Shown: positions 35,686 to 46,585 of the stretch, one piece after another | Layout of the letters: each line of letters opens with the position of its first letter | Position numbering within the stretch: position 1 is the stretch's first letter | NCBI GenBank assembly: GCA_029551285.1 | Contig: JAKPFT010000018.1 | Location: 6,584-70,583, forward strand | Direction of reading: 5' to 3' | Length of the DNA: 64,000 nt | DNA from: a bacterium | GTDB lineage: Bacteria; Ratteibacteria; UBA8468; B48-G9; DSTR01 | Made by a program: the position numbers and the translations under genes | The notes under the pieces: generated by a model | Database searches by the model: none | Seen by the model: only the letters and a program-made list of their open reading frames with translations | Told to the model about the DNA's origin: nothing

Positions 35686-36480
35686 TCAGAGATCAATTTC
35701 TCTGGCGCCTTCCCGGGCGATACCGCGCTGAGAGTTCCGGATAAAACGAAGCAGGTGGCTGATTTCCTCGCTGGGGAGAAGTTTTTCCAGTTCCCTGACG
35801 GCCTGAGAGACATTCAGGTTTGCCCGGAAGAGGATGCGGTAAGCCTGTTCTAAAAGGTCAATCTTTTCCTGGGGAAAGCTGCGCCGCTTCAAGCCAATTT
35901 TGTTGAGACCGCAGGGTACCGCCGGATGGCCGTCAGCCATGATGAAGGGAAGAATATCTTTGGTAATCTTGGAGCAGCCGCCGGTTATAGAGTGGGCGCC
36001 GATGTGGCAGAACTGATGGACGCCGGTGATTCCGCCAATAATGGCATAGTCTTCCACCACGACATGACCGGCCAGAGAGCCCAGGTTAGCGATGATGACG
36101 TGGTTGCCGATGGTACAGTTATGGGCAATGTGAACATTGGCCATAAAAAGATTGTTGTCGCCAACTGTGGTGCTTTCTCCTCTGGCTGTGCCTGGATTCA
36201 TGGTCACGAATTCCCGGATGGTGTTATTGTCGCCAATCTTCAGGTATGTTTCTTCCCCGCGGTACTTCAGGTCCTGGGGGATACTGCCGATGACCGCGCC
36301 GGTGAAGATGCGACAATTCTGACCGATGGTGGTATAGCCCATGATGTGCACGTGGGCCCCGACAGTGGTGCCCCGACCGATCTTCACCGGACCTTCAATG
36401 ATGGAAAAAGGTCCCACGGTAACATCATCTTCTAACTCAACCTCAGGGGAGACAAGAGCGGTAGGGTGTATGTGTCTCAT
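35686..36480 (-). CDS. lpxA: UDP-N-acetylglucosamine O-acyltransferase
   Basis: IHPTA, hexapeptide repeats, PQDLKY.GE, IREFVT, HIAHNC, VHQFC, GLN.IGL.RR. Confidence 0.96.
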   Translation of the reverse strand: MRHIHPTALVSPEVELEDDVTVGPFSIIEGPVKIGRGTTVGAHVHIMGYTTIGQNCRIFTGAVIGSIPQDLKYRGEETYLKIGDNNTIREFVTMNPGTARGESTTVGDNNLFMANVHIAHNCTIGNHVIIANLGSLAGHVVVEDYAIIGGITGVHQFCHIGAHSITGGCSKITKDILPFIMADGHPAVPCGLNKIGLKRRSFPQEKIDLLEQAYRILFRANLNVSQAVRELEKLLPSEEISHLLRFIRNSQRGIAREGAREIDL

Positions 36481-36514
36481 GATAGCAGAAATTCTTGAAG
36501 CGGTCCCTAAATCT

Positions 36515-37834
36515 TCAGGGTTCCATCAGGGTGAACATCAACAGGGCTTCCGCTGCCAGTCGGTCCTGGACATAGGCTCTGCCCTGGACCTGACCGGTCT
36601 TACTTCTCATCTTCAAAACCTGCACTTCCAGCCGCAGCTGGTCGCCCGGGGTCACGGCCCGGCGAAACTTCACCCGGTCAATACTCAGGAAGTAAGCCAG
36701 TTTCCCGCGGTTTTCCGTCTTGCTCAACATTAAAACCCCGCCTACCTGGGCCATGGCTTCCACAATCAACACACCGGGCATCACCGGTCGGCCTGGAAAA
36801 TGCCCCTGGAAGAACCATTCATTTATGCTGACATTCTTTATACCGACGGCCTTATCCGGCTGAAGTTCAACAATCCGGTCCACCAGAAGAAAGGGATAAC
36901 GGTGCGGAATGATACCGGTAATCTCATCAACATTCAAAGAATGCGCGTTGAGAGAAATCAGGGAAGAGGCTCCGATACCCACCGCCCGTTCGCGTTTCTG
37001 CAGTTCCCGCAGTTTGCGAATAAGCCGGGTATTTAAGGCGTGGCCGCTGCGAATGCCGATAATATGGGCGGCCAGTGGTGCCCCCAGAAGTGCCAGGTCG
37101 CCAACCAGGTCGGAGATCTTGTGCCTGACCGGTTCGTCTTCAAAACGGAAGGTGTTATTGATTACCCCCTGCCGTCCGATGACCAGGGTGTTGTTATAAT
37201 CAGAACCCTTGCCCAGGCCTAACGCCCTTAACTTTTCCACCTCCTCTTCCAGACAGAAGGTTCTGGCCGGAGCCAGCTCCCGGGTGTAAATCTCAGGGGC
37301 TACAGTAAAAGAAGCGTACTGGGAACGGAGGAAGGGATGATTGTAGTCCAGGGTATAAGAAACTTTAAGAGACTCAGCCGGTAAGGCGACGACATGAGAA
37401 CCGTTTTCCGAGATATAGATAGGTTCCTTCACCTTCAGAATCTCTCTCGTCTCCGGTAGTTCCTTTACTCCTGATTGCTGGATAATTTCCACGAAGGGAA
37501 GGGAACTGCCATCCATACCGGGACACTCTTCCCCTTCCACCTCCACCAGGACATTGTCGATTTCCAGAGCGTATAACGCTGAAAGAAGGTGTTCCACCGT
37601 ATGGATGGGATAATCGCCACTGCTGAGCGAAGTTCGTCGGGGATACTTCTCAATGTCCAGTTGCTGTTCTACCTCGGCCCGCACCGGTGTGGCTTCCGGT
37701 GCATCCTTCCGCAGGAAAAGAATGCCGGTACCGGCGCAGGCTGGCTTGATGGTTACCCTGGTTCTCTGTCCGGTGTGCAGACCGATACCTTCCAGCGTGG
37801 AGGGCTTTTCAATCGTTTTTTGTCTTCGGTTCAT
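36515..37834 (-). CDS. lpxC-fabZ: Bifunctional LpxC deacetylase / FabZ dehydratase
   Basis: LpxC motifs [31 protein letters not shown], followed by FabZ motifs [11 protein letters not shown] and FQGHFP...[12 protein letters not shown]. Confidence 0.95.
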   Translation of the reverse strand: MNRRQKTIEKPSTLEGIGLHTGQRTRVTIKPACAGTGILFLRKDAPEATPVRAEVEQQLDIEKYPRRTSLSSGDYPIHTVEHLLSALYALEIDNVLVEVEGEECPGMDGSSLPFVEIIQQSGVKELPETREILKVKEPIYISENGSHVVALPAESLKVSYTLDYNHPFLRSQYASFTVAPEIYTRELAPARTFCLEEEVEKLRALGLGKGSDYNNTLVIGRQGVINNTFRFEDEPVRHKISDLVGDLALLGAPLAAHIIGIRSGHALNTRLIRKLRELQKRERAVGIGASSLISLNAHSLNVDEITGIIPHRYPFLLVDRIVELQPDKAVGIKNVSINEWFFQGHFPGRPVMPGVLIVEAMAQVGGVLMLSKTENRGKLAYFLSIDRVKFRRAVTPGDQLRLEVQVLKMRSKTGQVQGRAYVQDRLAAEALLMFTLMEP

Positions 37835-38867
37835 TCTTCCTGGCCAGTTGTTCTTCCAGCTCAGCCACACGCTGTTCCAGTTTTTTGAGTCGTTCTAAAA
37901 TGGCTGGTTGCTTGCGGAGATAAGCCTGAAAACGCATATCCTCCCACTTCTCTCTGGCGGGAAAACCGGTTACGTGAGTGTCCGGAGGAATATCCTTGGT
38001 CACCCCGGCTTTACCGCCGATGATGACATTGTCGCCAATTGTCAGGTGGCCGATAATGCCGACCTGGCCGGCAATGATGACATTACGGCCGATGGTGGTA
38101 CTTCCTGAGATACCCACCTGGGCGACTACAATGGTGTTTTCTCCGATGGTGACGTTATGGGCTATCTGGACCAGATTATCAATTTTTACGCCCCGGCCAA
38201 TAAGGGTCTTGTCAAATCTGGCCCGGTCAATGGTTACATTGGAACCAATCTCTACATCATCACCGATTTCCACCGTGCCAATCTGGGGAATCTTATGGTG
38301 GACTCCTCTGACGGTGGCGTAGCCAAAACCATCATCTCCGATGACGGTCCCAGAATGGACAATGACCCGATGGCCGACCTTGATTCTCTCTCTCATCACC
38401 ACCTGAGGGTAGATAATGCAATCATTTCCCAGTTCTGTATAGTGGCCGATGTAAACACCGGCGCCGATGACACAGCGGTCACCGATCACCGCGTAGTCCT
38501 CAATCACCGCATAGGGTTGAATGGAAACATCCTTGCCCAGGCGAACGTGGGGCGCGATGATTGCGGTGGGATGAATTCCTGGCTGGAAGGTTATCGGTTC
38601 CGGCCCGACAAAACTGACAATCTGGGCGAAGGCCAGAGAAGGGTTTTCCACCTGGATGAGGGTGGCCGGAACAGAATTGCAGATATCCGGAGAAACAATT
38701 ACGGCCGAGGCTTTGGTACTCTGTAACAGAGACAGATACTTCCGGTTGGCAATAAAGGTCAAGTCTCCTTCTCGGGCTTCCTTGATCCCGGAAATTCCTT
38801 TGATTTCCAGGGTCTCGTTTCCGATCACCTTCCCGTTAACAATCTTAGCAATTTCCGCGACAGTCAT
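37809..38867 (-). CDS. lpxD: UDP-3-O-acyl-glucosamine N-acyltransferase
   Basis: [31 protein letters not shown], hexapeptide repeats. Confidence 0.96.
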   Translation of the reverse strand: MTVAEIAKIVNGKVIGNETLEIKGISGIKEAREGDLTFIANRKYLSLLQSTKASAVIVSPDICNSVPATLIQVENPSLAFAQIVSFVGPEPITFQPGIHPTAIIAPHVRLGKDVSIQPYAVIEDYAVIGDRCVIGAGVYIGHYTELGNDCIIYPQVVMRERIKVGHRVIVHSGTVIGDDGFGYATVRGVHHKIPQIGTVEIGDDVEIGSNVTIDRARFDKTLIGRGVKIDNLVQIAHNVTIGENTIVVAQVGISGSTTIGRNVIIAGQVGIIGHLTIGDNVIIGGKAGVTKDIPPDTHVTGFPAREKWEDMRFQAYLRKQPAILERLKKLEQRVAELEEQLARKNEPKTKND

Positions 38868-38882
38868 GGTCAGTTCCCATCC

Positions 38883-39392
38883 TCATTTATTCAAAACTTT
38901 CAGAATCTCTTCACTTAAATCAGCGCCCTCTGGTCCGTAAACTACCACCCGGGCATCCAGGATTAAAGTGTAACCGTGTTTTTTGCCGTATTCCCGGGTC
39001 GCTTTGATGATTTCGTCCAGACACTCTTTTTCCAGTTCCTCCCGGCGCTGGTCCAACTTCTGGTTAACTTCTTTCCAGCGGCCGGAGAAATCCTGGAGCA
39101 TGTCGCGGAGACGTTCTTCCCTTTTCTGCTTTTCTTCGGCTTTTAAAATGTCCTTCTTCTTATCAAAATCCTCCTGCTCTTTTTTAATCTCATCCTGGAG
39201 TTTGTTAATCTCCTTCTGCTGCGCTTCCACTTCCTGCTTAAACTTCTTTTCGTTTTCCTTAGCGCGATTGTATCCCTGGAATATTTTTTGCAGGTCCACA
39301 TAGCCGGTCTTGGTCTCAGCCTGACTGAAGCCGACCCAGAGCCCCAGACACAAAGTTGCCACCACTCCCATCATCCATCTGTTTCCCCTCAT
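38883..39392 (-). CDS. skp: OmpH/Skp periplasmic chaperone
   Basis: Signal peptide, GYVDLQKI, long coiled coil, GYTLILD...DLSEEILK. Lies between bamA and lpxD. Confidence 0.88.
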   Translation of the reverse strand: MRGNRWMMGVVATLCLGLWVGFSQAETKTGYVDLQKIFQGYNRAKENEKKFKQEVEAQQKEINKLQDEIKKEQEDFDKKKDILKAEEKQKREERLRDMLQDFSGRWKEVNQKLDQRREELEKECLDEIIKATREYGKKHGYTLILDARVVVYGPEGADLSEEILKVLNK

Positions 39393-39428
39393 TCTTTTCC
39401 TCCTTGCGGCTCCGCGCCGGCTGGTGTC

Positions 39429-41681
39429 TCAAAAGCCAAAAGTCATTCCGATGTGGAGTCGGCCCCGGTCCTCTCCTGGTTTGCGGTCCAGGGCGACGCC
39501 ATAATCCAGTTGAATGGGTGTGCGGAAAAGGGGAATCACTACCCGTAGGCCAACTCCGGCTCCTTTCCGCAGGTCTCCAAAGGCCACCGCCTTTTCCCAG
39601 ACGTTGCCAACATCAAAGAAAGCCACCCCTTTGAGTATTTCCTGGTAGATAGGATATAACACCTCCAGGGTTTGCGCAAACAGGCTCTTTCCTCCCAGAG
39701 GGTCACCCGTGGTAGGGTCATGCGGGCCAAGCGACCTTTCTTTATAGCCGCGAACAGTGCCAATCCCTCCGCCAAAAAAGCGTTCAAAAATAGGGATGTC
39801 GGCAGTATCGCCCATCTCCCTGATGGTGCCAAGGTATGTCTTGCTGTGAAATATGACTTTCTTAAAAGGCAACGGGTAATAGAAGTGTTCTTCCAGAGTC
39901 AATTTCCAGAAATTGAGGTCTCCCTGAAAAGGGCCGCCAGCGTATTCCGCGGTCGTCGTTGAAGAAAAACCTTTTGTCGGGAAAAGTTTGCTGTCAAGAC
40001 GGAAGTATTCCAGAGAAGTGGTTAAACTATTTTTCTGATATTTTCCGGCCTGGTCAACAATGGAGGGAATGAGAATGTCGGAAAGGTTTACGCGCTCTGA
40101 CTTAATGATGAAACCAAGCGAAAAATTCTCCCAGCGCCGGCCCAATCTCAGGTCGCCACCCAGCCTTTTTTCATCATATTCGTCCCAGTCTCTGGTCCAG
40201 CGATACAAATCTGTGCCCACCCACACCGGCCGGTCACGAAAGTAGGGCTCGGTAAAACTCAGGTAAAAACCCTGGTTGGTTTCTCCTAACTGAACCCAGA
40301 GTTTTAAATCCTGGCCGCCGCCGGTAAACCTTGGGAAGTTGGTAAGGTCAAAGTTGGTCTGTTCCAGACTGACAAAACCGGTGAGTTTATCCACGCTGCT
40401 GAACCCACCGCCGAACAGCAGCATCCCTGTTTTTTCTTTTTCCTTGACCTCCACCACCAGATTGGCCTGGTCAGCACTGACGGTGAACTCCGGGAAAAGT
40501 TTGATATCCTCAAAGTAATTCAGGTCCCGCAGGCGGCCGAAGGTTTTCTCCACCTGTCGGCCAGAGAACAGGTCTCCGGGGGCTAAGGTGACTTCGCGGC
40601 GAATCACTTTGTCTTTGGTGCGGACATTGCCCCGGATAACGACCTCGTCCACGGTATAGGTATTGCCTGGTTCCACCTGGTAGGTAAGGTTAATCCTGTT
40701 GGCTTCGCTAGCCGGTTCGGGAAGCGCCTGCAGCCTGGCGCGGATATAGCCGCGGTCAGAGTAAAATTTCTGGAGTCTGTTCACATTTTCCTGGGCCTTG
40801 TTTTCGTCAAAGACCTCGCCTTCTTTCGCCAGCACCAGCAACGAACGAAGTTCCGTTTCCGGAACGAGCAAATCTCCGGAAAACTTGATTGTCCCCAGAT
40901 AGTATTGCTGTCCCTCTTCAATCCTGATGCGCAGAAGGAGTTTTTTTCTGCCCACCGGTTCCTGAGTGCCGCTCACTTTCGCCTCAAGGTAACCCTGGCT
41001 TTTGTAAAAACGTTCAATGGCGGAAAGGTCCGGCTCAAAAAGTTCTTCCTTGTAACGGCCCATTGAAAAAGGCAGCCGCCGGGCCTTCAACTTCATCAGT
41101 TTACGCAAGCGGGAAGCAGGAAAAGAGCGGTTGCCTTCAAAGACTACCGCCGTGATATTTCTTCTGTGTCCTTCGTCAATTTCCACAAAAACATCTATGC
41201 CGTCCTCCCGGGGTTCAATCCGGTGGCTAACTTCAGTGAGAAGGAGCCCTTTTTCCTGATAAAGTTTCCTCACTTCTTCCAGTCCAGCGAGAAGTTTGGT
41301 TTCATCCCAGAGAGTTCCCTTTTCCACCCCTAATTTTTTTCTGAGTGTGGAAGTCTTAACCGCGCGGTTGCCGGTGATGTAAATCTCTTTGATGATGGGA
41401 TTTTCCTTCACCTGGAAAACGACGTCCACACCGTCAGCCACTGGCTGAACATGGTAGGCTACCTCGGCAAAGTAGCCTGTTTCTGTTAAACGTTTGACGT
41501 CCTCCCGGAGGATTTCCTCGCTGTAGTCAGCACCGCTGCGGCTCTTGATGAGCAGCAGCAGTTTCTCTGTGCTGATGAAGTTATTTCCCTGAAAGGTAAC
41601 GTTTTTGACCCTGACAGGCTCGGCCGAGACCAGCGCCAGATTAAGAAGGAGTACAGGTAGCAGACTCAGGATTTTCTTCAC
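39429..41681 (-). CDS. bamA: Outer membrane protein assembly factor BamA
   Basis: POTRA repeats (F.GN, GN.RTKDKVIRRE), FTEPY, GGIGTVRGY, FFDVGNVW, terminal FGF. Confidence 0.95.
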   Translation of the reverse strand: MKKILSLLPVLLLNLALVSAEPVRVKNVTFQGNNFISTEKLLLLIKSRSGADYSEEILREDVKRLTETGYFAEVAYHVQPVADGVDVVFQVKENPIIKEIYITGNRAVKTSTLRKKLGVEKGTLWDETKLLAGLEEVRKLYQEKGLLLTEVSHRIEPREDGIDVFVEIDEGHRRNITAVVFEGNRSFPASRLRKLMKLKARRLPFSMGRYKEELFEPDLSAIERFYKSQGYLEAKVSGTQEPVGRKKLLLRIRIEEGQQYYLGTIKFSGDLLVPETELRSLLVLAKEGEVFDENKAQENVNRLQKFYSDRGYIRARLQALPEPASEANRINLTYQVEPGNTYTVDEVVIRGNVRTKDKVIRREVTLAPGDLFSGRQVEKTFGRLRDLNYFEDIKLFPEFTVSADQANLVVEVKEKEKTGMLLFGGGFSSVDKLTGFVSLEQTNFDLTNFPRFTGGGQDLKLWVQLGETNQGFYLSFTEPYFRDRPVWVGTDLYRWTRDWDEYDEKRLGGDLRLGRRWENFSLGFIIKSERVNLSDILIPSIVDQAGKYQKNSLTTSLEYFRLDSKLFPTKGFSSTTTAEYAGGPFQGDLNFWKLTLEEHFYYPLPFKKVIFHSKTYLGTIREMGDTADIPIFERFFGGGIGTVRGYKERSLGPHDPTTGDPLGGKSLFAQTLEVLYPIYQEILKGVAFFDVGNVWEKAVAFGDLRKGAGVGLRVVIPLFRTPIQLDYGVALDRKPGEDRGRLHIGMTFGF

Positions 41682-44124
41682 GCGTTTCCCCTTTTACCGC
41701 CGGGTGGAAAATCAGTCGGTCTCCTTTACACTCCACTTCAATAATGTCTCCCTCCTGGAAGCGTTCCCCCAGAATTTCCTCGGAGAGCGGATCTTCCAGG
41801 TACCGGGCGATGGTTCGTCTCAACGGTCTGGCGCCAAACTGAGGATTGGTGCCATTTTTCATCAGGAAAATTTTGGCTTCATCGCTGACCCTCAGAGATA
41901 TCTTCTGCTCCTGGAGACGTTCCGCCACCTTGCCGATTTCCAGGTCAACGATGGCCAGCAGGTCTTTTTCTGTCAGGGGATGGAAGACAATAATCTCATC
42001 CAGACGGTTGATAAACTCCGGTCGGAAGGTGCGCCGCACTTCCTCTATGATGTGTTGTTTCATCGTCTCATAGGAAGCCTCAGCCTCGGCGGACCGGAAA
42101 CCGATGGTGGCCTGGTTCCGGAAAACCTGGGTGCCGATATTGGAGGTCATAATGAGCAGGGCATTCTGAAAGCTGACGCTGCGACCGAAACTATCGGTGA
42201 GACGGCCTTCTTCCAGGACCTGAAGCAGCAGGTTAAAGACCTCCGGATGAGCTTTTTCAATCTCGTCCAGAAGAACCACGCAGTAAGGTCGGCGTCTTAC
42301 CCTTTCGGTAAGCTGTCCCCCTTCTTCATAGCCGACATAGCCGGGTGGCGCGCCAATCAACCGGCTCACCGCAAACTTCTCCATATATTCTGACATATCT
42401 ATCTGGATTAAAGCCTGTTCCTCGCCAAAAAGGAATTCCGCCAGCGCTCTGGCCAGCAAAGTTTTGCCCACGCCGGTCGGTCCCAGGAAAAGGAAACTGC
42501 CAATCGGCCTTTTCCGGTCTTTCAACCCGGCCCGGGACCGTCTGATGGCACGGCTGACCGCCGAGATGGCCTGTTTCTGTCCGATGACGACTTCACCGAT
42601 GGCTTCCTCCATCTTCAGCAGTTTCTCCTTTTCCTCCTTGCATAACTGAGCTACGGGTATGCCGGTCCACTGGGAAACCACCTGGGCGATATCAGCCGGG
42701 GTGATCACTTTCTGCTCTTCCGGAATAAGTTTTTCCCAGTTGGCCCGCAGATAATCCAGACGATTCTTTGTTTCCCGTTCCACATCCCTGAGTGCGGCTG
42801 CCTTTTCAAAATCCTGCCGGTTAATGGCCTCATCCTTCTTCCGGGTAATCTCTTCCACTTCTTTTTCCAGATTCTTTATCTCCTGAGGCGGCTGGCTCAG
42901 TTTGAGCCGGCGCTGGCTGGCGGCTTCGTCAATTAAATCAATGGCCTTGTCCGGAAGATGCCGACCGGAAATATAACGGTCACTCAGGGAAGCCGCTGCC
43001 TGCAGCGCTTCATCGGTAATCTTCAGGCGGTGATGCGTTTCATACTTTTCTCTCAATCCATTGAGGATGGCCACGGTTTCTTCCACCGAGGGCGGATTGA
43101 CCATCACCGGCTGGAAACGTCTTTCTAAGGCCCCGTCTTTTTCAATGTACTTGCGGTACTCATCCAGAGTCGTGGCGCCAATACACTGTATTTCCCCCCG
43201 GGAGAGGGCTGGTTTGAGAATATTGGAGGCATCAATCGCCCCTTCGGCTCCACCGGCACCCACCAGGGTGTGGAGTTCATCAATAAAGATAATTACGTTA
43301 GCCGAGGACTTTATTTCGTCCAGGACCGCTTTCACCCGTTGTTCAAACTCCCCGCGATATTTGGTGCCGGCCACCAGAGACGCCAGGTCAAGCATAATAA
43401 TTCTTTTATTTCTCAAAAGTTCCGGAGCCTGGCCGGAAGCAATACTCTGGGCAAATCCTTCCACAATGGCGGTCTTGCCCACACCGGCCTCTCCCAGAAG
43501 TACCGGATTGTTTTTCTTCCGGCGACAGAGTATCTGGGTGACCCGTTCAATCTCCCGGTGCCGGCCGATAACCGGGTCCAGTTTGTTCTCACGGGCTAAT
43601 CTGGTCAGGTCCCGACCGAAGGTGTCCAGGGCTGGAGTTCTGGTTCTGGTCTTTGACTGCCGGGAAACGGTGCTGGTTTCATCAGCCACCTCAAAAAGGA
43701 GCGCCTCCAGACTCTGTCTGACTTTTTGAAGAGTAATGCCCTGCCGGGCCAGGATTCTGGCTGCCAGCCCTTCTTCCTGAGCGATGAGGCCCAGCAGCAG
43801 ATGCTCTGTCCCGACATAGTTGTGGCCAAGAAACTGGGCTTCTCTGACAGCCAGTTCCAGCACCTTTTTGGTTTCAGTGCTGAGAGGAATTTCTCCAATC
43901 ATCATCAGCGGAATACCGACCCGCATGGACTTTTCAATCTCCAGGCGCAGACTTTCCGGGTCAATTCCCAGATGCTTCAGGATGGCCATGCCCATACCCT
44001 CGCCTTCATCAATCAAACCCAGCAGCAGATGTTCTGTTTCAATCTTATTGTTGCCGGCTTTAATGGCTTCCTTCCTGGCCAGGTCAAGAACAGTTTTCAC
44101 CCGTTTGGTAAATCGTTCAAACAT
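41641..44124 (-). CDS. clpC: ATP-dependent Clp protease ATP-binding subunit ClpC
   Basis: MFERFT N-domain, two AAA+ modules (GEAGVGKT, GPTGVGKT), UVR middle domain (QDFEKAAALRD), IGF ClpP-docking loop. Confidence 0.96.
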   Translation of the reverse strand: MFERFTKRVKTVLDLARKEAIKAGNNKIETEHLLLGLIDEGEGMGMAILKHLGIDPESLRLEIEKSMRVGIPLMMIGEIPLSTETKKVLELAVREAQFLGHNYVGTEHLLLGLIAQEEGLAARILARQGITLQKVRQSLEALLFEVADETSTVSRQSKTRTRTPALDTFGRDLTRLARENKLDPVIGRHREIERVTQILCRRKKNNPVLLGEAGVGKTAIVEGFAQSIASGQAPELLRNKRIIMLDLASLVAGTKYRGEFEQRVKAVLDEIKSSANVIIFIDELHTLVGAGGAEGAIDASNILKPALSRGEIQCIGATTLDEYRKYIEKDGALERRFQPVMVNPPSVEETVAILNGLREKYETHHRLKITDEALQAAASLSDRYISGRHLPDKAIDLIDEAASQRRLKLSQPPQEIKNLEKEVEEITRKKDEAINRQDFEKAAALRDVERETKNRLDYLRANWEKLIPEEQKVITPADIAQVVSQWTGIPVAQLCKEEKEKLLKMEEAIGEVVIGQKQAISAVSRAIRRSRAGLKDRKRPIGSFLFLGPTGVGKTLLARALAEFLFGEEQALIQIDMSEYMEKFAVSRLIGAPPGYVGYEEGGQLTERVRRRPYCVVLLDEIEKAHPEVFNLLLQVLEEGRLTDSFGRSVSFQNALLIMTSNIGTQVFRNQATIGFRSAEAEASYETMKQHIIEEVRRTFRPEFINRLDEIIVFHPLTEKDLLAIVDLEIGKVAERLQEQKISLRVSDEAKIFLMKNGTNPQFGARPLRRTIARYLEDPLSEEILGERFQEGDIIEVECKGDRLIFHPAVKGETREENPESATCTPS

Positions 44125-45175
44125 AAATTTCTCTCAACTCCTTCTGGAGTAATTTGGCCCTGAGTCGGTCCCGTTGAGCCGGGGAAAGACGGCTCCCGTA
44201 TTCCTGCTGCAGGTGGCCCGGGAGAATTTTTCTGATAATCTGGCCAAAACGCTTACCGTTTAAACCAATCATTTTCCACTCGGCGCCCAGTACCAGCCAG
44301 GAAAGAAAAGACAGTGCCGTTTCCGTGGAAAGTTGTCCCGCCACCTTGAACTTCTCCACCGTCTCCCTCAAACGCTTTCTCCACCGGTAACTCTCAGCCA
44401 TCTCCTGCCGTATTTTTCTTTCCTCTTCCACCACTAATTTTACCACAATTTCCATCTGATGAATAACTTCGGCTTCTGTTTTCCCTAAATTCTCCCCTGA
44501 GGACACCTGAAAAAAATGGCCGGCCGGTGGAGTGCCCTCACCGTACCAGCCGCGGATGACAATGCCGATATCCTTCAGCGCTGAAAAGAGAAGGTGATGT
44601 TTCCTGGTGAGGACCAGTCCAGGCAGATGAATCAACACCGATGCCCGGAAGCCACTACCCAGGTTGCTCGGACAGGCGGTGAGGTAACCAAGAACCGGGT
44701 GGAAGGCAATCTTCAGATGCTGGTCCAGCAGGTTATCCAGCCGGTCAATTTTCTTCCATAACGACTTGAGGGAAAGGCCCGGAGAAAAACCCTGGAGCCG
44801 AATGTGGTCTTCCTCATTGACCATCATGGAAATACGTAAATCTGGAAAGACAACCACGGCCCGGGGATAGTTTTCCTGGGCAAACTCCAGACTGATCAGG
44901 TGTTGTTCCACCAGAACTGCCCGGTCAATCTCGGAAAGGCCTTCTATCTCCAGTATGATGAATTCGTCCTGGCTGTTTTCGGTAAGAACCCGGGCTACCT
45001 GGTGGAGCAATTTCCAGGACTCTTCGGCCGTGGCCTGGTGAGGGAAAGGCAAACCCTGGAAGTTACGAGCCAGTCGAAGACGGGAACCAATAATAATGGA
45101 ATGGCTGATTCTGTCAAAAAGCCAGTCCGTAACAGGTGTCAACTTTTCCCAGGGTACGGTGTCCAGTACTTGCAT
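44117..45175 (-). CDS. mcsB: Protein-arginine kinase McsB
   Basis: SRLRLARN, NEEDHIR, GYLTACPSNLGSG.RASV.IHLPGL. Lies directly upstream of clpC. Confidence 0.9.
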   Translation of the reverse strand: MQVLDTVPWEKLTPVTDWLFDRISHSIIIGSRLRLARNFQGLPFPHQATAEESWKLLHQVARVLTENSQDEFIILEIEGLSEIDRAVLVEQHLISLEFAQENYPRAVVVFPDLRISMMVNEEDHIRLQGFSPGLSLKSLWKKIDRLDNLLDQHLKIAFHPVLGYLTACPSNLGSGFRASVLIHLPGLVLTRKHHLLFSALKDIGIVIRGWYGEGTPPAGHFFQVSSGENLGKTEAEVIHQMEIVVKLVVEEERKIRQEMAESYRWRKRLRETVEKFKVAGQLSTETALSFLSWLVLGAEWKMIGLNGKRFGQIIRKILPGHLQQEYGSRLSPAQRDRLRAKLLQKELREIYV

Positions 45176-45214
45176 GGTTGTTAACAGATAGCCCCGGTAA
45201 CACAGGCTCTTTTC

Positions 45215-45661
45215 TTAGGACGTTTTCCGAAGGGGAAAGGTTGCTTTAGCACTTTCGTCCAGCAACTTTTTTAACCTGGCCAGTCTTCTTCTATCTGCTG
45301 GAGAAAGACTGACCCGGGGCAGATTGTTTTCCATCTTTTTCTTAAGAGTTTCCGGAATCTTGCCCCGGTGTTGCCACCAGAACTGGCCCCGCGCTTTTTC
45401 CTGAGAGAGAAAAGGTGAAAAGTGCTGATAGCAGTCCGGGCAACCAAGGAAGCGATACCGCCGGATGTCCTGCCAGCGATATCCGCAGGCCGGACATACC
45501 CGGCCAGTTCGTTTCCGTTCCTTCCTGACCGGTGTCCGTGTTTCCTCCAGCGAAACCGCCGCGATACAGACCTCCGGGGCGGCCGGGTTTTTTTCCGTCA
45601 GGGTCACCACCAGTTTTGTCCAGCCTCCGGCAAGAAAAAAATCTGTCTTACTCGGTTTCAT
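45215..45661 (-). CDS. mcsA: Degenerate McsA-like protein
   Basis: CPACG...F.GCPDCY..F...H.GK.P central block and position upstream of mcsB. The N-terminal CxxC pairs and C-terminal UVR motif are missing. Confidence 0.65.
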   Translation of the reverse strand: MKPSKTDFFLAGGWTKLVVTLTEKNPAAPEVCIAAVSLEETRTPVRKERKRTGRVCPACGYRWQDIRRYRFLGCPDCYQHFSPFLSQEKARGQFWWQHRGKIPETLKKKMENNLPRVSLSPADRRRLARLKKLLDESAKATFPLRKTS

Positions 45662-46532
45662 ACACAGGAATACCTTCCCTTATCGCTTTTTCCTTGAAGG
45701 CCTGTCTGATTCTTCCCGTGGTCGGCCCGGGCCGGCCGGTGCCGATAGGACGGCCGTCCAGGGATGTTGCCGGGATAATCTCCGCCGCAGTTCCTGTAAG
45801 AAAGCATTCGTCGGCCACATAGATGTCGTGTCGGGTAAGGTTTTGTTCCCTGACTTCCAGTCCGAGACTCCGGCCCAGTTCCATTACTACCTTGCGGGTG
45901 ACCCCGGCCAGCACGCCGGCGTGCACAGGAGGCGTGGCCAGGACCTGGCCGTGGACCACGAAGATATTCTCCCCGGTGCACTCGCTCACATATCCGGCAT
46001 GATTGAGGATTAAACCTTCGTCGGCGCCGGCGTGATTGGCCTCTATCTTGGCCAGGATGTTATTAAGATAATTCAAAGACTTGATGGCCGGGTTGACCGA
46101 TTCGTGAAGGTTGCGTCTGGTCGCCACCGTCACTACTTTCAATCCTTTTTCGTAGTAACTTTCCGGATAAAGTTGAATTTTGCTGGCAATAATGAAGATG
46201 GTTGGCCGGGGACATTTTCTCGGGTCCAGGCCTAAATCGCCCACCCCCCGGGTGACCACAATCCGAATATAACTGTCTTTCAACTTGTTGGCTTTCACCG
46301 TTTCCATGACTGCCTGCCGCAGGGCCTGCCTGCTCAGCGGCACTTCCAGCATAATCCCGTGAGCCGACCAGTACAGCCGCTGCAGGTGTTCTTCCAGACA
46401 GAAAATACGGCCCTGGTAACTGCGCAACCCTTCAAAGACACCATCTCCGTACAGAAGGCCATGGTCAAAAACAGATATTTTAGCCTGTTCTTCTGGCACC
46501 AGTTTTCCGTTCAGATAGATCAGCAAACCCAT
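45648..46532 (-). CDS. ilvE: Branched-chain amino acid aminotransferase
   Basis: DHGLLYGDGVFEG, IKSLNYLNNI, EC.GENIF, L.GVTR, ADECFLTGTAAE. Confidence 0.95.
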   Translation of the reverse strand: MGLLIYLNGKLVPEEQAKISVFDHGLLYGDGVFEGLRSYQGRIFCLEEHLQRLYWSAHGIMLEVPLSRQALRQAVMETVKANKLKDSYIRIVVTRGVGDLGLDPRKCPRPTIFIIASKIQLYPESYYEKGLKVVTVATRRNLHESVNPAIKSLNYLNNILAKIEANHAGADEGLILNHAGYVSECTGENIFVVHGQVLATPPVHAGVLAGVTRKVVMELGRSLGLEVREQNLTRHDIYVADECFLTGTAAEIIPATSLDGRPIGTGRPGPTTGRIRQAFKEKAIREGIPVYETE

Positions 46533-46585
46533 TCTCTCCTCCTGTGCCCTGCCCGGGTCCTGTGACAGACTTTAATTTTTCAGTT

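Noticed and set aside
36515-37834. lpxC-fabZ fusion as a novelty
   Set aside because: This fusion is already known from several diderm phyla.
41605-43729. Long antisense ORFs over clpC (and similar ones over lpxD, the RND permease and GH genes)
   Set aside because: Shadow frames of well-conserved genes with no motifs of their own.
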